This document shows positions 12,235 through 26,546 of a stretch of 64,000 nucleotides of DNA, one piece after another. The position numbers were made by a program, and so were the translations under genes. Source of the DNA: Dendrobates tinctorius (Eukaryota); contig NW_027361697.1 in NCBI RefSeq assembly GCF_039654945.1, positions 33,852,001 to 33,916,000 on the forward strand, in the 5' to 3' direction. Numbering within the stretch: the first letter of the stretch is position 1; each line of letters begins with the position of its first letter. The notes beneath the pieces were generated by a model. That model was given only the letters and a program-made list of their open reading frames with translations, was not told the DNA's origin and ran no database searches.

Positions 12235-15200
12235 ACTAACACCATACACTGAATTTCCAGTGGCTATAGCACCGGGTATAACAGTGGGAGTATTAGGTGA
12301 CAGACACACACACCAATGTGTGATGACCAAAGATAGGTCATCAAAATATCAGGCCTCCATACACTTCAGACAGCTAATGGATGAACAATGTTTCTGCCAA
12401 CTGTCATGTCCCCAAACTCTTTAATACACAAGAACCCTCAACTGACCAAGCGCTCGAGTATTCTCTATGAGAGAGCTGCGTCAGTGCACCTGGAAGAGAA
12501 ATTGCCATTTTGCAAATTTAGAAATCAACCACAGGTCAGTTTGCACTTTGTAAAAGCACAGTAAGCAAGAGATTTCTATAAATTGCATCCACTTTGCTGT
12601 AACATTATGCAGCGTCAAAAACTAATTAAGGGAACTTAACCATAGAAAATAAAATGATCCTCACTCGAAAATTGGATTCGGCGGATCCTTCTGTCCCCTG
12701 ACATCACGTCAAGAGGCATCTATACACAGAATTTAGGCCAAACCCAACTATATTGGTGGGATCATCTGATATTAGTCTAATGTTCATGGGGGGGAACCCT
12801 ATTGAAGGTTCACAAATACTGCTGTCACTGCAACAGTAGTAACCTAAACATTAAATAACCAGAGCCTTCCACAGAGTATTACATGGGGCTCTAGCCTGAA
12901 ATATCAATAACGTTATTAAACCACATTTACATGCCAAAAAAGGTCTCCTGCACAAATTGTGATAAATGACTTCTCCTCTCCTTCTGCAGAGAGGCATAAC
13001 TTTTTAATTTTCCCATCTATGTAGCTATATAAAGGGCTTGTCTATTTTTGTAGTTTTGATTGAAAATTCTGTCATTGTTTTTATTGTGTTCATTGTGAGG
13101 TGAAACAGGGATTTTTGTGATAAACTCACCGAAAAATCCTTTTCTCCAAGACGCTCATTGGGGGACACAGGTACTGTGGGTGGATGCTACTGCCAACAGG
13201 AGGCTGACACTAAATGGATGAAAAAAAGGTTAGCTCCTCCTCCGCAGTATACACCCTCGCCTTGATTGCAGGCAGAATCAGTTTGGTGTAAAAGCAGCAG
13301 GAGATCTACAAGACAAAATCAGCCTCATTGTAGGTAACAACATGTTTAGAAAACCCACCTGGTATCATGAATACCTATTAATAAGCAAAAAGGAGCCAAT
13401 TGGCTAACAGGGTGGGTGCTGTGTCCCCCAATGAGCGTCTGAGAAAAGGATTTTACGGTGAGTTTATCACAAAAATCTGTTTCTCCTTCGCCTCATTGGG
13501 GGACACAGGTACTGTGGGACGTCCCAAAGCAGTCCCTGGGTGGGAGTTGATTCCCCGGTACAAGCTTCACGCCCCTACTGTATAAGGGTGCGCCACTGCC
13601 TTGAGAATCCTTTTACCCAGGCTGCATGTGCTGAAGCCAGCGTATGGACATTTGTAATGTTTGGACAGTGTGAGCCAGCTGAACCTGGCTGCCGCCTTAC
13701 CTACCTGCTCCGCCGATGCCTGGTGCCGAAAAAACCCGCGAGGCACCCACTGTTCGAGTTGAGTGCGCTCTGATCTCTGCTGGCATAGCTGCGCCTCCGG
13801 TGTGGTAGGATTCCTGAATCATCAGGCGAATCCATCTGGCTATGGTCGCTCTTGAGGCAGCAAGTCCCTTCCTGCAACCCTCAGGGAGCACGAAATGCGT
13901 CTCTCTGACGAAAGGATGCCGTCCGTGACACGTACCTCCTGGAAGCTCTTCCCAGGTCTAACGTATGAAGAGCCCCTTCCACCCGGTGCACTGGTGCCCG
14001 GAAAAAAAATGGAGGGCAAGGCAATATCCTCATTAAAATGAAATGAGGAAACAACCTTCTGCAGAAAAAGGGGGAGCTGGCCTCAGAACCACCTTCTCCT
14101 TGTGAGATATCAGGAACGGAGGTCGGCAAGATAGAACTGCCAGCCCCGGGACTCGCCTGATTGATGTTATCACCACGAGGAACACCACCTTCCAGTGGAG
14201 GTATGTCGAAGATACTTATTGTAGTGGCTTGGATGTAGCTTCCTGCAAATGCCTAGGACCAGGCTAATGTCCCAGTTGTCCCGAGGGGTCCTATAGAGGG
14301 GTACCAAGCCTGAGACCCCCTGGCTGAAGGTCGATATCTGCATACTGGTAGCGATTCTGCGCTGAAACAGGACGGATAAGGCAGATACTAGTCTCCTAAG
14401 GGAACTTGGAGCAAACCCCAAATCCATGCCGGACTGGGAAAAAAGAAAGACGCCAAAATGTTGCAAATAGAGAATGCCAATGGAGAATGAAAGTGGTCCT
14501 AACACCATGAAGAGACAATCCTCCAGGTGTGGTGGAAAATATGTACTGAGGCAGGCTTCTGGGCACTAACCATTGTAGTAACCACATTGCGTCCGAACCG
14601 AGCCTGGGCCAGAAACCAAGATTCAACGGCTAAGCCGTCAAACATACGGCCCCTGGATTCGGGTGGTAGCTCGGGACCTGAGAAGGTAGGTATGGGCCCC
14701 GGGCAGTCGTCAGGGAATGTCATCGAGTAGCTGCACCAGGTCTGCGTACTACGCCCGCCAAGGCCAATCTGGGGCCAGAAGCGTCACTAGAACCTCCTTC
14801 TGCCTTGATCTTCTTGATGATCATTGGGAATAGCAGCAGCAGGGAAAATAGGTATGGGAGGCGAATACTGGTTCCATGGTAGAACCAACGCTTTCCCGGC
14901 GCTTGCCTGCGGGTCCCGGGGCCGAGGCAACCAACGCGACCACCCTGGCGCCTACTCCGGAAACCGTCCGTTCCACGTCCGGCGATCCCCAACATCGGCA
15001 TACTTGCCGGAAAAGACCTCGGGGAGTAGTGACCATTCCCTGGACACAAGACCCTGCCGGCTGAGGAAGCCTGCCGCCCAGCTCTGTGGACAGCCGATCA
15101 CCAAGTGATTCCTCTCGGCCCAGTGAGGGATGTGCCTCACTTCGTACATGGCTGCTCTGCTGCGGGTACTTCCCTGGTGATTTATGTTAGCCACTGCCGT

Positions 15201-18019
15201 GGCGTTGCCCACCTGAATCCGGACGGGGCGGCCTGCTAGAGGATGCAGAAAAAAATTGCGGAGCCAGCCGTGCTGCTTGAATTTCTAACAAGTTGATTGA
15301 GATGCGTACCGCCTGCGGCGACCACCGTCCCTCGCGATGGTGAAAAAGACTGCTCCGTAGCTGAGGAAACCGGCGTTGGTTGTGACCACCAACCCCTGGT
15401 CCGGGGAAAAAGGTTTCCCCTGAAGACGGGAGGAACTGACTGTCTTCCATCCAAGTGCCTGTCTGACCTGCCTGGGCAACCGGCACTGGTGGTCGAGTGA
15501 GAACGGGTTCTTGTCCCATGATGACAAGAGGGCGTGCTGCAGGGGGCGAGGATGGAGTTGGACAACAGGGATTGCTCCCATTGCTGCCACCCTCTTCCTT
15601 ACGACCCTCATGCAAAGATGAAAGGTATGAGGGACTGGCTGGCGAAGTATCTGGACTCCTTGCCAAAGAGCTAGGGCCTCGTCTTGAGGAAGGATCACCA
15701 ACCCTCGGGAGGTGCTGAAGATCATCCTTAAAAGGGAACTCCTTCGAACTGGGACCAGGGATGATCTCTCCAGGTTGACCAACCACCTTAAGCAAGCAAG
15801 AGTATCTAGCATGATGTTGAGGTTCTCCTCACATGCTGGATATGAGGGGCCCTTGATCAAAAGGTCGTCTGAACAAGGCAAGACGACTATGCACCGGGAG
15901 TGCAGGATGGCTATGACGACCGCCCTGACCCCTGTGGACACCCCGGGGGCGGTAGCTAGCCCGAAGGGAAGAGCTGCGAACAGAAAGTGTAGGCTGCCGA
16001 TAGCGAAGCGTAGAACTTTCTGATGTGGAGAGACAATGGGGAAATACAGGTATGCTCCTCCATGTTCTATAGCCGCTATGCACAAGTGAAAAACCGGATT
16101 ACTTACCGGTAATACTCTTTTGTAGAGCCACGACAGCACCCACTGAGAGAGGGGATCCGCCCCCAGGAACAGGAAACCTACAGAGAGATAAAAGGGGCGA
16201 TCCCCCTCGCTCCCTCAGTTGGATTACAGAGAACAAGAGGAACCGCCACACATGCTTTAGTCAATTTGCTCAGTAAGTGATTCTAGCATATATTTATATA
16301 CAGCTTCTATCCTTCACCCCCCAGAGTGAACCACATGTACATATATCAAGGGAGGGAAGTGAGCGGGTGCTGTCGTGGCTCTACAAAAGAGTATTACCGG
16401 TAAGTAATCCGGTTTTTTCTCTTCGCCACGACAGCACCCACTGAGAGATTTTCAGAGATAATCACCTGGGAGGGCCCACCGTGTTAAGGACAGATCTACT
16501 AAAGGCCAAGTCATCGGAAGAAGACAAATGTAGCCTGTAGTGATTATAAAAGGCAGAAGGAGAAGACCAGGTTGCGGCCTTACCTGCTTTGCTCAACAGT
16601 TACTCTTACCCACCTCTAGGGAAACAGACCAATATTAGCTCAATTAGGACTTCCGTCCTTTTGGCCCAGGAAGAAGATATGGCTCCTGCAGAATGTGCCC
16701 TCACGCCCTGTGGCGGGCCTTCTCCTTTTTTTGCCAAATATGCCAATGCGTTTCTGATCCACACTTCTTGTTACCCTGGAAAGAGACAAAAAGAGACAAA
16801 AAGAGCCCTGCTCTGCCTCCAGGGCCTAGCGTTATCTATATAGACTAAGATGGCCCCCTTTACGTCTAGGCCATGCTATCTTTCCTTCTCTGGTGTTGCC
16901 GGGCTATCATAAAAAAAGAGGGAAGGTAGATTTTTTGGATCTATGGAATTTAGCAGCCTTCTTAGGGAGGTAGGACGGTCCGTCTTTGACACTATTCTGA
17001 CCTGAAATATTGTCAGGATGGAGGATCTATTGACAGGGTCTGGAGATCATGCATCCTCCTTGCCGATACTAGAGCTGCCAATATGGCGGCTTTCAATGAA
17101 ACGCACTTTATTGAGGTCAAATGTATGGGCCCGAATGGTCCCTGTGTGAAAGCATCTAGGACTAAGCTAAGGTCCCCAAGGCGGTCCTTGAAGAATGTGA
17201 ACCGGGTTTGCTTGCTGGCAAGCAAAGATCGAGCTACCCCTTTGTTGCCCACACGTTATAATTATAATTGGCCTCCAGAGCCGAAACTCGGAATTTTTGG
17301 GGTGTTACCTGCAAGTCCGAACTCACGCCCCTCCTGCCGGAACTCTAATATGGCAAGGAAAAAGACCCTCCCCGGAAAGGTCTGCTGAATGGAAAGTTTA
17401 AAGTTTTTCCTCCAAGAGGGTGCCAAATAAGTCATCTGCTTAGCTTCAGTAACTGCCCCTCAAATTACATGCCGTGAGGCGTAGACCTTTGACCTGAGGG
17501 TGTAACAGGGTCTTTGTGAGCACAGGTCCCGATCCAGAGGGAGAACCCATGACATGACTCTCAGCCATGAAACCCACAGCTTTTTAGCCCCACCGGCTAT
17601 TAAGATGACTCTCGCTCCTTATTACCTCATCATCCTGGTAACAGCTGGCAACCATAACATCGGAGGGTCTGGTGAACCGTCCAAGGGTTTAGAAGGGGGT
17701 CGAGTACATGCCCTGTACAGTGGAGCGAACCTTTCGACCTGTCTATTGTAGCAAACAGATCTATCTCCGGCATGCCCCATATAGCCGCTATCATCTTAAA
17801 GATGCCCCGGCTGAGCACCCATTCCTCTTGATGCCGGGTAGGGTGGCTGAGGAGGTGTGCTCCGGAATTGTCCACTCCACTGACATGAAGAGCACCAGGA
17901 ACAGGCTCTGAAGTTATTACCCTGATAAAAACGGGTCAATAGGAACAACAGGTATGTTTTGGCTCTCTGCAGGATTCTCTCTGCGGTAGATATCAGAGTT
18001 CTTGACCGTATTCCGCCTC

Positions 18020-19130
18020 ATACTATGAAGGTACCATATCATACCATGAAGCATCCTGAAGTGATATGAGGTCCTATGAAGTACCATGAGGTACCATGAA
18101 GTACTCTGAAGCACCATTAAGTACCATGAAGCACTATGAAGTACCATGAAGTACCATGAAGCACTATGAAGTACCATGAAGCACTATGAAGTACCAAGTA
18201 CCGTGAAGTACCATGAAGTACTCTGAAGCAATGTGGAGTACCTTGAGGTACCATGAAGTACTATGAAGCACTATGAAGTACCATGAAGCACTATGAAGTA
18301 CCCTGAAGTACTTTGAAGCAATGTGGAGTACCTTGAGGTACCATGAAGTACTCTGAAGCACTGTGAAGTACCATTAAGTACCATGAAGTACTAATAAGCA
18401 TTATGAAGCCCTATGAAGTACCATGAAGCACTATGAAGTACCATGAAGCACTATGAAGTACTGTGAAGGTACTATAAAGTACCATGAAGTAATATGAAGC
18501 ACTATGAAGTACTATGATGCAATCTGAAGTACTATGGAGCAATACTAAGTATGAGGCAGTACTATGAAGTACCATGAAGCAATATATATTATGAACCACA
18601 AAGGATGCACAATGCAGCACTATTCAGTACTATTATGCCATCTGAAGTACTATGATGCAATACTAAATATGATGAAGTACTATGAAGTACCCTGGCATAC
18701 CATGCAGCAATATTATGCGCTATGACATACTATGATGTACTATGGCGCAACAAGTACCACCACAAGGTACTATGACACACCTATGACCTATCATGAAGTA
18801 CCATGAAGCAGTCTGATGAGCTATGGCACACTATGATGCATTATGATGCAACTAGAAGTACTATGAAGTACTGCAACATATCACGAAGTACCACAAAGCA
18901 AATATGACGTACCATGAATTATATCATTGTCTGCGTGTGCATCACTATTTGCGCTTTTTCTCTTTTTTTTTTTTGATTCATCTTTGGCGCATGTTTGCAG
19001 CGGGCCGTAATATTTGGTAATTTATACAGTGGTGTCCACCTCTCACTGCATATCTTTCGTACTATGAAGCACCATGCAGTACCCTGAAGTACTATGAATT
19101 ACCATGAAGTATTCTATGATGCAGTACGAT
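18020..19130. repeat. Degenerate 10-bp tandem repeat (gaagtaccat/gaagcactat)n
   Basis: Visible 10-bp periodicity over about 1.1 kb, with a unique insert at ~18930-19058. Confidence 0.9.
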
Positions 19131-19529
19131 TCATAGAGCCGCTATGACGTAATACGATACATCCAGACTCTATTATACCATATGATATACATAGGCCCCA
19201 TGGGGTACAGACAGACTTACGGCCCCGCTTGAAGGTGCTAAACAAGAGACCAGGCCCACAGTTACACCCAAGGGGGCACCTCTCAGAGTTCCAGATAACC
19301 CCCACTCTGAATGGTACATCTCAATTGTCAGAGTGACCTCCCCCGAAGGAGCCAATTAACGAGCTGCAGCTGGCAATCTTCACGGAGACAATGCGCTGCT
19401 GAAGTCCCCCATAAGGCTCTCAGCACATGAAATTGTGTGTGCCTCTTGGACTGCTACCAGTATGCTGCTGTTTACCAGGATCTATGACTGGTATTCCATT
19501 CTGGTACTTGCCTGGCTTCCAGCTACTAA

Positions 19530-19772
19530 GGCCTGTTTCACACTTCCGTTTTTGTGTCCGCCAAACGAATCCGTTTCCGTTTTTTTGACGGAAACGGATG
19601 CCAACGGATCCGTTTTTAAAAAACCGGATCCGTTTTTTTGACGGATCCGCGGTAACCGTAATGGAAGTCTATGGGACAAAAAAAAACGGATCCTGCGAAA
19701 AATGGCGGATCCGTTTTTTTACGGAAAACGGATTTTGACGGATTTGAAAAAAACGGAAGTGTGAAACAGGCC
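19530..19772. mobile_element. PIF/Harbinger-type MITE
   Basis: TIR ggcctgtttcacacttccgttttt; taa/tta flanks. Confidence 0.85.
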
Positions 19773-20368
19773 TTAGCTGCTGCCATCTAACGAGAACAGT
19801 CAGACTGGAAAGGCTGCCGACCCTTCCCTCCTGCACACTGCTTCATTAACCCCTGCCGGGTGCTGTAACCCCCAATTGCAAGCCGAGGGTCTAGCTATAC
19901 TGAGCCTCCCCTCCAGGGAAGCAGGGTGAGGTTAGTGCGCTTTTTTTTTTTTTTTTTTTTTTTTTCCTTTTCACACATCAACCAGACTAGGGATCATCAG
20001 CTGGTCTCTCTCCCACTCTGGTAATTGCCCGGCCTTCATTTGCTCAGCAGCCACCTAAAGAGAGCAGCTCCGCGTCTCCTTGATGATTAACACATGGTAC
20101 CGGCTGTGGAAACTCAGCCTAAGATGTGGTCTGCTTCACCGTGTGATTCCACGGAAAGAGGTGGTATTCTGTCTACCACTTTTATCCGTGGCTATACAAG
20201 GCCTTCAAGTGCCTGCAGACCCTCTGCGCAAATGCGCGCCTGTTACATTCCAGCCATATCGTGCTGCATCCGTGAGCGACGATGGCCTCACCTGGCCCCT
20301 GCCTCACGCTGTTATTATCAGCCGAGGGGGGAGTCAATCTGCCTCGGCTCTCCTCTGAGACTCAGGCC

Positions 20369-21257
20369 CACCATGCCAAGCCCCCGGCTGCTGGCCTTCT
20401 GCGCCTCTCATACGCGCCATGTCGGCCTCTCCCGGTCTACGCTGTTGGACCGGAGCTAGTTCTACTCCAGCCATATGCTGCATCACCATGCCAAGCCCCC
20501 GGCTGCTGGCCTTCTGCGCCTCTCATACGCGCCAGGTCGGCCTCTCCAGGTCTACGCTGTCAGACCGGAGCCAGTTCTACTCCAGCCATATGCTGCATCA
20601 CCATGCCAAGCCCCCGGCTGCTGGCCTTCTGCGCCGTGCTGCGCCTCTCATACGCGCCAGGTCGGCCTCTCCAGGTCTACGCTGTCAGACCGGAGCCAGT
20701 TCTACTCCAGCCATATGCTGCATCACCATGCCAAGCCCCCGGCTGCTGGCCTTCTGCGCCGTGCTGCGCCTCTCATACGCGCCAGGTCGGCCTCTCCAGG
20801 TCTACGCTGTCAGACCGGAGCCAGTTCTACTCCAGCCATATGCTGCATCACCATGCCAAGCCCCCCAGCTGCTGGCCTTCTGCGCCGTGCTGCGCCTCTC
20901 ATACGCGCCAGGTCGGCCTCTCCAGGTCTACGCTGTCAGACCGGAGCCAGTTCTACTCCAGCCATATGCTGCATCACCATGCCAAGCCCCTGGCTGCTGG
21001 CCTTCTGCGCCGTGCTGCGCCTCTCATACGCGCCAGGTCGGCCTCTCCCGGTCTACGCTGTCAGACCGGAGCCAGTTCTACTCCAGCCATATGCTGCATC
21101 ACCATGCCAAGCCCCCGGCTGCTGGCCTTCTGCGCCTCTCATACGCGCCAGGTCGGCCTCTCCAGGTCTACGCTGTCAGACCGGAGCCAGTTCTACTCCA
21201 GCCATATGCTGCATCACCATGCCAAGCCCCCGGCTGCTGGCCTTTTGCGCCGTGCTG
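20369..21257. repeat. Tandem repeat with 115/125-bp unit, about 7.3 copies
   Basis: Unit starts (caccatgccaagcc) at 20369, 20484, 20599, 20724, 20849, 20975, 21100 and 21215. Confidence 0.95.
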
Positions 21258-22894
21258 CTGTCGGACCGGACCATACCACTGACCATCGCCAGGAATCAGG
21301 TATGGAATCAGCGTTCAGCCTCTTACCGCAATCCGCATCATACCTGGGGATGCTGGTCTTTTGTTTTCATCTCAAGCACCTGTGGCACACCTTGCGTCCT
21401 GCACAAGCTCAGGGCATCATTCTCCACCCTGGCCTTGCTATCCCCAGTCTTCCTTTTGGGGCGGGGGGAGGGGGGGGGGTCTTCATCCAGGTTCCCCGGA
21501 CCCCTGACGCTGTGCCGCGCTTCGTAATGCGCAATCCCCTCCTAGGGATTTCCCAGGTGCTCCTCCACTGCACCTCCTGGTGAGCCAGGCACTCCTTGCC
21601 ACGGCCTCACCCGCATTACCAGCAGAGGGGGGATTCCTATTTCGGATCTGCCCGTCGCTGCTTCCAGCTCTGGGGCCCCCGTTGCTCATATAATGCCGCG
21701 GGCGGCTACCAGGCCACGAATCCTCTTCTCTGTGGGTTCCTTCCTAGGAACAGGAAACCAACTGAGGGAGCGAGGGGGACCGCCCCTTTTATCTCTCTGT
21801 AGGTTTCCTGTTCCTGGGGGCGGATCCCCTCTCTCAGTGGGTGCTGTCGTGGCGAAGAGAAAAAAAACTCTATCCGGGACTGTCCTGATCCTGACAAATC
21901 CGTGCCGAAGTTTAAGGACCAGAATGGGCCTGACGGCCCTGTCCCTTTGGGGACCGTGAACAGGTCGGAATAGAAACCCTGACCTCTTTCGCCTTCCGGC
22001 CCGGGGATGACAGCGCCGTGTTTCCGGAACAACCTGATGGGGGTTGTTCGACAAAGTCTAACTTGTACCCCGAGGATACCAGCTCCTTTTACCCATGTGT
22101 CGTGCACGAAGGCGAGCTAGACATGGTGAGGCCAGAGTAGGAGACCGCCTTCTCTGCTGGTGTCGCCCGGCACTTGCCTCGCGCTATTAGGCCGAAGATC
22201 CTCGGGATCTAGGTCCCCTTGATCTGGGGTTGTTGGTATCGCATTATCCCCAATGGGTTGGCGATCCATATGAGACTTGATGAGTCCTAGTTGGGGCAAC
22301 CTGCAACTGGAGTAGGTTGCTGACACTCCCCTGGGGTTGCGAAAGGACCGAAACCGAGTCTGAATCAGGTGACGAAAAAAGCTGCTTAACCCCTTATTTA
22401 AGGGAGAAAACTGTTTCTGCCCCCTGTGGGGTCAGAAATAAGCTAGTCCAACCTTTCATCAAACAGGGGAATGTAGCCACGCTAAGCCTAGAATGGCCGA
22501 TGGCACCCCTCTGACAAGGGCAAGAAGTTAGGGACTTCTTGGAGGTTAAATCTGCATGCCAAGTCCTCCTGATTAACAATATCTGCTATCTCCGCAGGAG
22601 GTCCATACCCTGCAAGGCTCTGTAAAATGATTCAGACCCAGAGCCCATGGCCTTAACTCCCAAGTTGCCGCGAACGAGGGAGAAAGCGCTGAACCAGACG
22701 CCTCAAATACTGAGCGAACTAGACCCACTAAGAAACAGTCGGTGGGATCCTTAATAGCGGAACCGTTAGGTATAGACAACAGGGCTTTAGCGGCCAAGCG
22801 CGACACGGGTGGATCTACCGCTAGGGATTCCACCCACCTCCAATGTCAAGCGCTTTCTCTATGTTGCCCTCTGGGCGAGTGGCAATTTCTCTAA

Positions 22895-23545
22895 GGCCTC
22901 TTTCACACATCAGGTTTTCGCCGTCAGGCGCGATCCGGCGCTTTTGACAGAAACCGGATCCTGCGAAATGCAATGCCGGATCCGGTTTCCCCCCCATTGA
23001 CTTGCATTTGCGCCGGATCGCGCCGGATGGCCATGCGTTTCATCCGATTTTCACCGGATCCGGCAATGTGACGCGATCCGGCGTCTGGAAAAAACGGAGA
23101 CTGTAACGTTTTTTGTCTCCGGCGTAAAAGCCGGACACGCCGGATCCGGCGCGTCCGGCTTTTTCACACAATGAAAGCCTATGAGCGCCGCAATGCGCCG
23201 GATCCGGTTTTTTGGGTCTGAGCATGCTCAATAGCTCTGCCCACTACAACCTGTCAAAGAAGGGCTGTAGGAACATGCTATATATAGTTTTCCAGTAGCC
23301 AATCCCGTTCGGAAGGCCACAAGGGTCAATTTTAAAAACCGGATCCGGCGTAATCCGTCGAAAAACGGATAGAAAAACGGATGAACCGGATGAGACGGAT
23401 CCGGTTTTGTCTGTCAAGAAAAAGACGGATCCGGCAGAAAACCGGATCCGTCACATCTGGTTTTACGAAACATTTGCCGGATCCGGCGTTCCGGCACGAC
23501 GCCGGATCGCGCCTGACGCCGAAAACCTGATGTGTGAAAGTAGCC
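22895..23545. mobile_element. PIF/Harbinger-type MITE
   Basis: TAA TSD; TIR ggc..ctttcacacatcaggttttcg; rich in ccggatccgg. Confidence 0.85.
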
Positions 23546-25299
23546 TAAGAGGCTGCTTGACCCACTTAAATGACACCCTGTGCCCTGAGGCCCGGGTGGA
23601 CTTATTTGTTAATCCCCAGGGTCTGGTTGGCGGCCTCGATAAGGCTGTTCATTGTTTCCTGTTAACTCAGAGTAACCAAGTCAAGGGGCTCGTCCGAGTC
23701 GTAATCCGAATTCTCGTTATCGACTACTGGCGAGGACAAGCGAGAGGCAGAGCTCATGGATGCCGAGGCACCGGACGGACCGGGAGAGTGGCCCCGGCAG
23801 GCCGGAGGCTCCTGTAAGGTGGAGGACCCCTCTTGGACAGGCGAGCCACTATCCCTGCCCCTACGTGGGGCTTTAGAGGACTCGATTGCTCTCGTAATGC
23901 CGTAGACTGCGACAGAGGCAGAGCCCATTCCGGGCGGTCGCAGGGGAGGGCTCCTGGGCACTTCAGACCCACAGATTTCACAGATCTTTCCTGTGGGAAG
24001 GCAGACCAACAGGAGGTACATGCAGCATACAGAAAACGTGCATATTTTAGCCGCTCTGGACATGGTGACCCTGCTAAGTGATATGCCTGCAGGGTTCCAC
24101 TGCTTAGCCTCTGACCAAAAAAAAAAAAAAAAAAAAAGAGGATGGCCCTCTCCTTCAGGGGTAGCACTTACCCCAGTCCTGGATCTCCTTTAGGCGTCCA
24201 GCCTGCCGAACCGCTGCATGCTTTTTCAAAAGGTGCGCCTCGGCGTGTGGGTGGCCCTGCCGGGAGAGAAGGCGCCGCTGGTGACGCCCTATGGGCCAAG
24301 CTTCTGCTTGAGGCTAACACCGGCTGAAGCCGGGGACTAAATTTTTTGGCACCCGCCCGAGACTCCGGGGGCGGGTCTGCCGGAAGTACGCGCGTCGCGG
24401 GACTTCCGCCCGCGGCCTAGTACCGGCAGAAGCCGGGGACTAAATTTATGGCGCCCGCACGGGGACGGGAGCACCAAGAAACCGAGGCCTGGTAAGGATA
24501 TGCACTGCCGAGCGCTACCGCTGTGGGGCGCATGCTGGCTCCCAACCGCTACTGCCGCCCAGGGGAATGTCGACCCGGGGGGGGGGGGGTTTCAGGAGCC
24601 CTCCCAGCCCACCTCCTTCAGCGCCTCAACCCTGGAGCTCCAGCTGATCCTCAGGTTGGGGGGGGGGGGTTAGAGGGGGGCTGTATCCAAATCAAGGACG
24701 GTGCAGGCACCCTAGCTCCATCTTTCCCTCCATGGGATGAGGAGAGGGACCGTCCACGGCTAGACTGCGGTGCTGCAAGGCGGCGGTGGAGCAGTGGGGG
24801 CCGCACGGACTATTCGTAGGCCTCTGTACAGCCTAGGGTTTCGATACCTTAGGGTGGTCAGGGCGAGTCCGGCATCATGTTCCGCGTCGCGGGAAAGGAT
24901 ACGTGGAGGCGACACTCACACGTGCTCGCCCGTTGTTGGTTTGGGGAAATCGGACCCTTTCAATAGGGTCCGCTGCCCCTGTCTCATCTTCATGGAAAAT
25001 AGAAGAAAAAGAACAAAAAAAAAAAAAAGACAAGTCTGGAAAAAGACCAGACGTGTGTGCCTCCTAGGACACTAAGCAAGAAACTGATTCCGCCCGCAAT
25101 CGAGGCAAGGGTGTATACTGCGGAGGAGGAGCTAACCTTTTTTTCATCCACTTAGTTTCAGCCTCCTGGCGGTAGTAGAATACACCCACAGTACCCGTGT
25201 CCCCCAATGAGGCGAAGGAGAAAATGACCTGGCTGGAAAGTATGACAATGCCTAAACCAAAACTCTTATAGCCATATTTTTTTTTCTACGTAAAAGTAA

Positions 25300-26294
25300 A
25301 TACACCAAAATCTCCACAGATGCAGTAGGGAGATGGGAGAAAGTTCCACAAAGTCAACTACCACTGCAGCCCTCCACCAGTCGGGCATTTATGGCAGAGT
25401 GGCCCGACAGAAGCCTCTCCTCAATGCAAGACATATGAAAGCCCGCATAGAGTTTACTAAAAAACACATGAAGGACTCCCAGACTATGAGAAATGAGATT
25501 CTCCAGTCTGATGAGACAAAGATAGAACTTTTTGGTGATAATTCTAAGCAGTATGTGTGGAGAAAAACCAGGCACTGCTCATCACTTGCCCAATACAATC
25601 CCAACAGTGAAACATGGTGGTGGCAGCATCATGCTATGGGGGTGTTTTTCAGCTGCACGGACAGAACGACTGGTTGCAATTGAAGGAAACCTGAATGCGG
25701 CCAAGTACAGAGATATCCTGGATGAAAACCTCTTCCAGAGTGCTCTGGACCACAGACATGGCCGACGGTTCACATTCCAACAAGACAATGACCCTAAGCA
25801 CAGAGCTAAAATAACAAAGGAGTGGCTTCAGAACAACTCTGTTACCATTCTTGACTGGCTCAGCCAGAGCCCTGACCTAAACCCAATTGAGCAGCTTTGG
25901 AAAGACCCGAAAATGGCTGTCCACCAACATTCACCATCCAACCTGACGGAACTGGAGAGGATCTGCAAGGAAGAATGGCAGAGGATCCCCAAATCCAGAT
26001 GTGAAAAACTTGTTGCATCATTCCCAAGACGACTCATGGCTGTACTAGCTCAAAAGGGTGCTTCTACTCAATACTGAGCAAAGGGTCTGAATACTTATGA
26101 CCATGTGATATTTCAGTTTTCCTTTAATAAATTTGCAAAAATTTCTACATTTCTATTATTTTATCCAGTCAAGATGGGGTGCAGAGTGTACATTAATGAG
26201 AAAAAAAAATTAACTTTTTTGAATTTACCAAATGGCTGAAATGAAACAAAGAGTGAAAAATTTAAATGTGTCTGAATACTTTCCCTACCCACTG
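25300..26294 (+). mobile_element. 5'-truncated Tc1 element, catalytic DDE region and right TIR
   Basis: [41 protein letters not shown]; ends cccactg-TA; frameshifted. Confidence 0.9.
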
Positions 26295-26546
26295 TATGTC
26301 TGCTTTCTACTCTGACCAGGAGATGAGATCCAGAACAGATGAGATCCCCCATTCACTTTTTTAGTAGATGCCACTAAGAAGAGAAAATTAACCTTTAAAA
26401 CATATAAAATATTAGAACAGTATCTTACAAGAGTGACTTTTTTTTTTTAATTAAAATTGGAATTCTATACATTGCTATTCTTGTGTCCATAAAATGTATT
26501 TTCTCTAGGAATTCTTTGCCAAGGAGGCCAATATTGATTTTTTTTT

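Larger units (their letters stand above)
16091..21864 (-). mobile_element. Second DIRS1-like element nested in the RT of the outer one
   Basis: Its own ITRs (gccacgacagcacccactgagagaggggatcc) and ICR ~16365-16448; recombinase RAHSAGAISSSWA and WGMPEIDLFAT remnants; the outer RT reads through across the insertion (SRIE|FHLC). Confidence 0.88.
13103..25223 (-). mobile_element. DIRS1-like tyrosine-recombinase retrotransposon (outer, defective)
   Basis: Inverted terminal repeats (~13140-13285 and ~25080-25223); internal complementary region ~13420-13519; recombinase remnants (IRAHSTRTVGAS, TIARWIR); RT/RNaseH remnants (LPFGLATAP, SDDLLI, INLLEIQA); gag-like VDPPVSRL/KDPTD. Confidence 0.9.

Noticed and set aside
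20282-21583. Overlapping 290-430 aa ORFs
   Set aside because: Products of the 115/125-bp tandem repeat inside a DIRS element.
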